This document shows, one piece after another, positions 57,761 to 64,000 of a stretch of DNA of 64,000 nucleotides; position 1 is the stretch's first letter, and each line of letters opens with the position of its first letter. The translations under genes and the position numbers were made by a program. This stretch comes from the human T2T-CHM13v2.0 reference genome, Homo sapiens. The stretch lies in assembly GCF_009914755.1 (NCBI RefSeq), contig NC_060933.1; one strand, written 5' to 3'. The notes beneath the pieces are model-generated. The model saw only the letters and a program-made list of their open reading frames with translations. It was not told the DNA's origin and did no database searches.

Positions 57761-58052
57761 GTTTTTTGTTTGTTTTAGACAGGGTCTTGCTCTGTCGCCC
57801 AGGCTGGAGTGCAGTGGCAGCATCATAGTTCACTGTAGCCTTGAACTCCTGGGCTCAAAGGATCCCCCTGCCTCAGCCTCCCCAGTAGCTAGGATTACGG
57901 GCACACCCCACCACACTGGGCTAATTTTAAAATATTTTGTAGAGGCGGGGTCTTGCTATGTTGCCCATGGTGGTCTTAAACTCTGGGCTCAAGTGATCCA
58001 CCTCAGCTTCCCAAAGCACTGAGATCGGAGGCGTGAGCCCCCACGCCTGGCT
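57761..58052 (-). mobile_element. AluJ
   Basis: TSD cccaagtttt. Confidence 0.88.
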
Positions 58053-59482
58053 TCTCCCCAAGTTTTAACAGTGATCTTCTGGCAGTTGTCAGAGACCAAA
58101 TACAATTTCTTAAAAATCACCATTCTGGTACTTTTCCTTCTTGACCTTAACAACCCACCCTTTGGATATTTTTTTCCCTATTACTATCCATTGCCACTGG
58201 CTCTACACAATACCTATTATCATGGCTCAAGTGTTTCATTAGAGAATCTGCTAGTGGGACAGAACTAGTTAAGTAACACTTTTAGCAGCAGGATGTGGCA
58301 GAAAAATTGGGCCAGGAGGAAGCAAGAAACCTGTGCTCTAGTCCCAGATGCACCACCAACTGCGACCTTAAGCAATTCACAATTTCCCCAAATCCATATC
58401 GCCAACCCAGACTTATCCTGCAGCAGCAAATCTGCCATGGTGCCCTGAATACACAGGGCCACCAAAACTCAAATGGCCCCAAATCCAACCCATTCCCCAC
58501 CTGGGTCTGTTTTGGTTCTGGGCTGACCATCCCATCACACAGAGTATTAACTGAACCATCACAGCTCTACTTACGTAAAATGAAGAGGGTTAGCCTAAGT
58601 TTCTGTCTAGGTCATTCCAAATCTCACTTTTCTGATGTTTCTAAAATGGCTCTTAGTGTAGAAGGGGCTCGAGGTGGAGGTTGGGAAAGGGATCTTTCAA
58701 GGGATGGCAGGTCCCTCCTGCCATGCTAGATGCTCACTGAGCTGGCTCGGAGGTGGAAGACAGCAGGGGCTGGGGGATAGGTATCATCTTTACTCAACTC
58801 TGATGCTTTTTTAAATATATCTGTAACTGCCCCTCCCATATGTCCCCCAAGTATGTTCTTTGTTTGCTACCTTCTGCTGGAAGAGAGAATTCCCAACAGC
58901 CCTTTCCAGCTTCAAGAATAATCTGGTTAAATTATGAGGGCTGGAATGGAGGGATCCTCCAAACAGGGGTCCCCAGTGGGTTACCAGGTAGAATGAAGAC
59001 AAGGTGATCAAGGTCACTGCCCTTGAAACCACCATCTCTCACTCTTCCCAGCCTGCAGTGTCCCCTCTCAAAACTAAGAAAGCTCCAGGTAACTTACTTT
59101 GCCTGCACCGCCAGCCTGGACACCCCACCCGGGGCAACCCCTACAAATCTGAGATGACACAAACTGTCATTTCAGGCTTAGCCCAAACATTCCGTCTTTC
59201 AGGAGCCTCCCCAACTCTACTCCTGCCCCCGGAGAAGTAAGTGCTCCCTCCTCAGCATTCCCGTAAGCAGGTGTGTGCCTTAAGTATATACATACTCATC
59301 ACACTGTACTGCAGCTGCCTGTGCTCCTGTGTCAGAATCCTACTTCTGACTGAGAGCACTCCCTCCCTGAGGACAGGGACCAGCTGTGTTCATCTGAGTA
59401 CCCACATCTCTGTCCCTCCATCCCCAAAGCACAGTGCCTGGCTGGCACACAGCAGGCGCTCCATAAATGACTATTATATGCA

Positions 59483-59600
59483 GGGGAGGGTAGGTGGGTG
59501 GGTGGGTGGGTGGATGGATGGATGGATGGATGGATGGGTGGATGGATGGATGGATGGATGGATGGGTGGATGGATGGGTAGATGGATGGATGTGAATGGA
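59483..59600. repeat. (GGGT)n/(TGGA)n repeat at the end of an L2 fragment
   Basis: direct. Confidence 0.9.
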
Positions 59601-60987
59601 AGGATAGATAGCAGCAGGAGGTGGGTAAGATCTGGGGCCAAGAAAGAGATGTTCTGGATGAGCCATGCTACAACACTGACAACAGACTGGTGGTGCTCTA
59701 CCAGCAGAAGGCCTAAAAAAGAGGATACACTCATTAAAATCTTTTCAAATTCAGTATTCCATGAACAAGCACCTAGGGAACTGTGTGCACTGCCAAAGCT
59801 GTTTACCTAAGCATAATTTTGTTGCCATTATGCGACGCGTTGTCTAGTGGTTATAACAGAAGACGAGTTACTGTGACGAGCCTGGAAAGCCATTTCTTGT
59901 TGCCTTATCGTTACCCAGGTCTCCCTCTCTGTGACGAATTCATCCACTCATTTAACAAATATTTGCCAATTGCTCATCAAGTCCCAACCACCACTCTGGG
60001 TGTTGCAGACACAACTCACGTTACTCCCTCACTATGGGAAGCCCTATAGGAACTAAAGGAAGTTCTCACTGAACAAGTACTTCTTGAGGGGCCAAGTCAT
60101 CCAAAACAGGGTTGAAACGCAAACCCAGAGGTTGCAACACCATTTCCCTCCCTGCCTTCTTAAGCAGAATGTACTGAATGTGACAGCTAAGTTGGGATCC
60201 CCGTTCTGAAATGCAATAATGCTCCATCTCCTTCCAGACTTGTATGGTGAGCTGTTCCCAAACACAGTAGACTCCAGAGAGCTCCTACCTTTGAGTTCTT
60301 GCATCAATGTTTTCTAGTTTTTCTGCCAACACATTAACTTTTCCCAAAGACCAACAACTGGTGTTTTTGAGTCAGTCTATGTCTCTGTAGCAGCTCCTTC
60401 TGATGACATGAGCTAAAAATAACCCAGCTCATTAAAATCATGTGTAAAATAAGAGTACATAGTTGCCAGTGAAAGACTGGGGCAGGCAGGCAGCCAGCAG
60501 GACAAGGGATGGACATTGGGATATCTTTGCTGGCCAGCCTGAGATTCTCATTTTGCTTATTCACTGGTTCCTAGCTGTGCTCCTGATAAGGGAGACTGCT
60601 GGACAGCTGATGTCTTAACTGCCCCCCAAAATAAATGAACTATCCTGACCTTCTTAGGTAAGATGCTGCTGACAATGTCTGACTGCAACCTGACCCAAGT
60701 GCAACATTAACAGGTCAGATCTGGTCCCGGAAGAACAAAGAAGATAGAAACCAACCCATCAAATCTCATTAGTCTCAATAGCATAAGATGCCAGCCATCC
60801 CAGGCAGGTTTGAAAGGAGGAAATAAGCTGTATGTGAGCGTGCCAGTCAGATGTATACATCCTACTTGTGAAGTGAATTGCAAAAGCACGGTGCCTATGC
60901 AGTCAAAGTGATCTCAGGAACCATCTCCTTGAGGGTAAACGTGGCTCCCCTTTATCTACCTGCCCCACATCCATCAGATGATGTGTC

Positions 60988-61247
60988 TTTCTTTTTTGAG
61001 ACAGGGTCTTTACTGTTACCCCGGGTGGATTACAGTGGTGTCATCATGGCTAACACCAGCCTTGATCTCCTGGGCTCAAGCGATCCTCCCACCTCAGCCT
61101 CCCGAGTAGCTGAGACCACAGGTGCACTCCACTATGGGGTCCCACTATGTTGCCTAGGCTGATCTTAAACTCCTGGGCTTAAGTGATCCTTCTACCTCAG
61201 CCTCCCAAAGTGCTGGGATTACAGGTGTGAGCCACCAATCCTGGCTG
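60988..61247 (-). mobile_element. AluJ with central deletion
   Basis: linker region missing between arms. Confidence 0.85.
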
Positions 61248-61360
61248 GCAAGTCTTTCTGTGGCCAGCTTCGGGAAGGCCTCTTCCCTTCCATCTCCATT
61301 ACAGCTCAAGTCATGTCACTTTGTACCTGGACTACAGCAACAGGCCCCTAAGTGGTCCCA

Positions 61361-62371
<1,011 letters not shown>

Positions 62372-63149
62372 CCCACCCCCTAGTGGGTCCCTCCTGACAC
62401 CCACCTTTCCTGTGTTTGCCAGAATGGTCTTTCCGTAAACACAGCCCTTGTCTTAGTCACTTCTCTGCTCAAAAAACATCCACCAGAGAATAAAGTGCAG
62501 GTTCCTCAGCCTGGTGTCAGGGACTCTGCACCCATCAACCCTGCCTAACCTAATTCAAGTTTTATCCCTCCCAGGACCCTACATGTACCCTAGGCTCCGG
62601 TCAAACTACAAAGCGTGTTGTTCTCCAAATACAAGGCCCACCCCACCATACACAGCAGGCCCCGCCTCTCAGGCTTGGCTCGTGTCCTTCCTTTGCCTAG
62701 GATGCCCTTCTCCCGCACCCCCATTCCTTTCTCCACCTGCAGCAAGCCAGTTTCCAGGGCCAATTTCAAGTAACACTCTTCATTATTCAGCTTCCTTGTT
62801 GGCAGCACCCTGCCCTATTCATATTTGCTTCTCTGCCAGCTGACATTCTGAGGCTCAATAAACATAAACACTAATGTGGATTAAGGAGAATCCTCAGTTC
62901 CTACAACAGTCTTCAAACAACTCACTTTTCAGAAGCCTGATCTGCCTGGTCCAAATCCACTGGAATTCTCTGTAGCTGGCCAGGACCTGGATGCAGAACC
63001 CTGTTACTCCTGTCATCCCTTCCAGACCCCTCGTCTGTCCTAATGCACACTAGGACATTGACGTTTTGGAAGCCATATCCCACTATGGCCTATCCTTGTG
63101 GCTAACAAAATGCTATGCCTTTTATATACAAAATGCTAACAAGTCCTAG

Positions 63150-63900
63150 GTTAGAAAACAACCAAAATAGTTGTAGTGATGGTTTCTAACCCCAAGTGCA
63201 GGCTTTGCATTTGTTCCAACTAAATTGCATCCTATTTAAATTGGCCTATGATCTATCCTATTAAGAACATTACAAGTCTCAGTTTGTTATTCCACTTATC
63301 AGTGATTGATACCTGTTTTACGGCACGTGGGAAATCTGCTAAGCAGGTCTGACGTGGGGAGTGGTGGTGCTGGGGTATCTTTCTGTTCTTCGACAGTACC
63401 TAACGGCACCTGTCCGATGGTAACTTCAAACCCAGGCATGACTGCACACAGTTGTACCACATGGGGCTGTGCCCTGGGACTCTGTGAGGCAGAAATGGTG
63501 GGTTGGAAACTAGTTCTACCACTTCTCTAGCAATATGACCATGGCCTTAGGCACCTCCAAGTTTTGGAGTACTCTCATCTGCCCTGTCACCCTTGCTAAA
63601 TCATGCTAATAATGAAAAAGCAAGATAGCAAATGAGCATACACTGCGCCCTGTGGTGTTCTACACAAAGGAATTATTGTGACTTTCATCGAAACCTATTT
63701 CTCCCACTTGTCCACAGGAATAACATGGTGTGCTCTTTGTCAGATGCTTAATAAAAATAGAGGTATGTGAAGTTTAGTAATTTCACTGAAAGAAAAATTG
63801 AGGTTAGTCTGGTTTGGGGACTTTTGTAAACCCATGTTCATCCCTAGAGATCAATTCCTTCTTTTCCCAGTCCTTAAACACCCCTAGTTTAAATTGCTAT
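63150..63900 (-). mobile_element. CR1/L3 fragments
   Basis: cccaagtgcaggctttgcatttgttccaactaaattgcatcctattt resembles antisense L3 RT C-terminus. Confidence 0.5.
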
Positions 63901-64000
63901 CCCAGAGCTCCACCTGGGATCAGCAGTTGGCTTCCCAGCCAGCAGTTCCCAGAAGGCACCAACCTCAAGGCCTGTTTCAGCTATTTCTAGGAAGTGCTGA

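Noticed and set aside
59241-59810. 189-aa ORF with WMDG repeats
   Set aside because: Translation of the (TGGA)n microsatellite and L2 sequence

Overview
Human (Alu-rich, with an AluYg6-lineage element) genomic window inside EPB41L4B (EHM2/LULU2, a band 4.1/FERM protein), transcribed on the minus strand. I read 15 coding exons directly from the sequence (exons 2-15 plus the short-isoform terminal exon), all with AG/GT boundaries and compatible phases. They total 1251 nt (416 aa + stop) and cover the FERM domain, FERM-adjacent (FA) domain and the short C-terminus ending MYRDKLMTAL, followed by a ~1.5 kb 3'UTR with AATAAA signals. Exon 1 lies beyond the right edge. Bases 1-13500 are the intron leading to the long-isoform exons beyond the left edge. 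The rest is intronic repeat landscape: about 30 Alus, L1, L2, CR1/L3, MIR, MER/Tigger DNA transposons, MaLR LTRs and microsatellites. Most six-frame ORFs are repeat-derived or chance. There is no evidence of a wholly new gene system. The most interesting unexplained signals are a candidate neural isoform switch (dense YCAY/TGCATG clusters bracketing the short-isoform last exon, and a frame-compatible 38-nt candidate microexon downstream), a template-switch hairpin inside an Alu, and a cryptic degenerate ~40-bp array. Repeat subfamily names and exon numbering come from recalled consensus/annotation, not from a database search.
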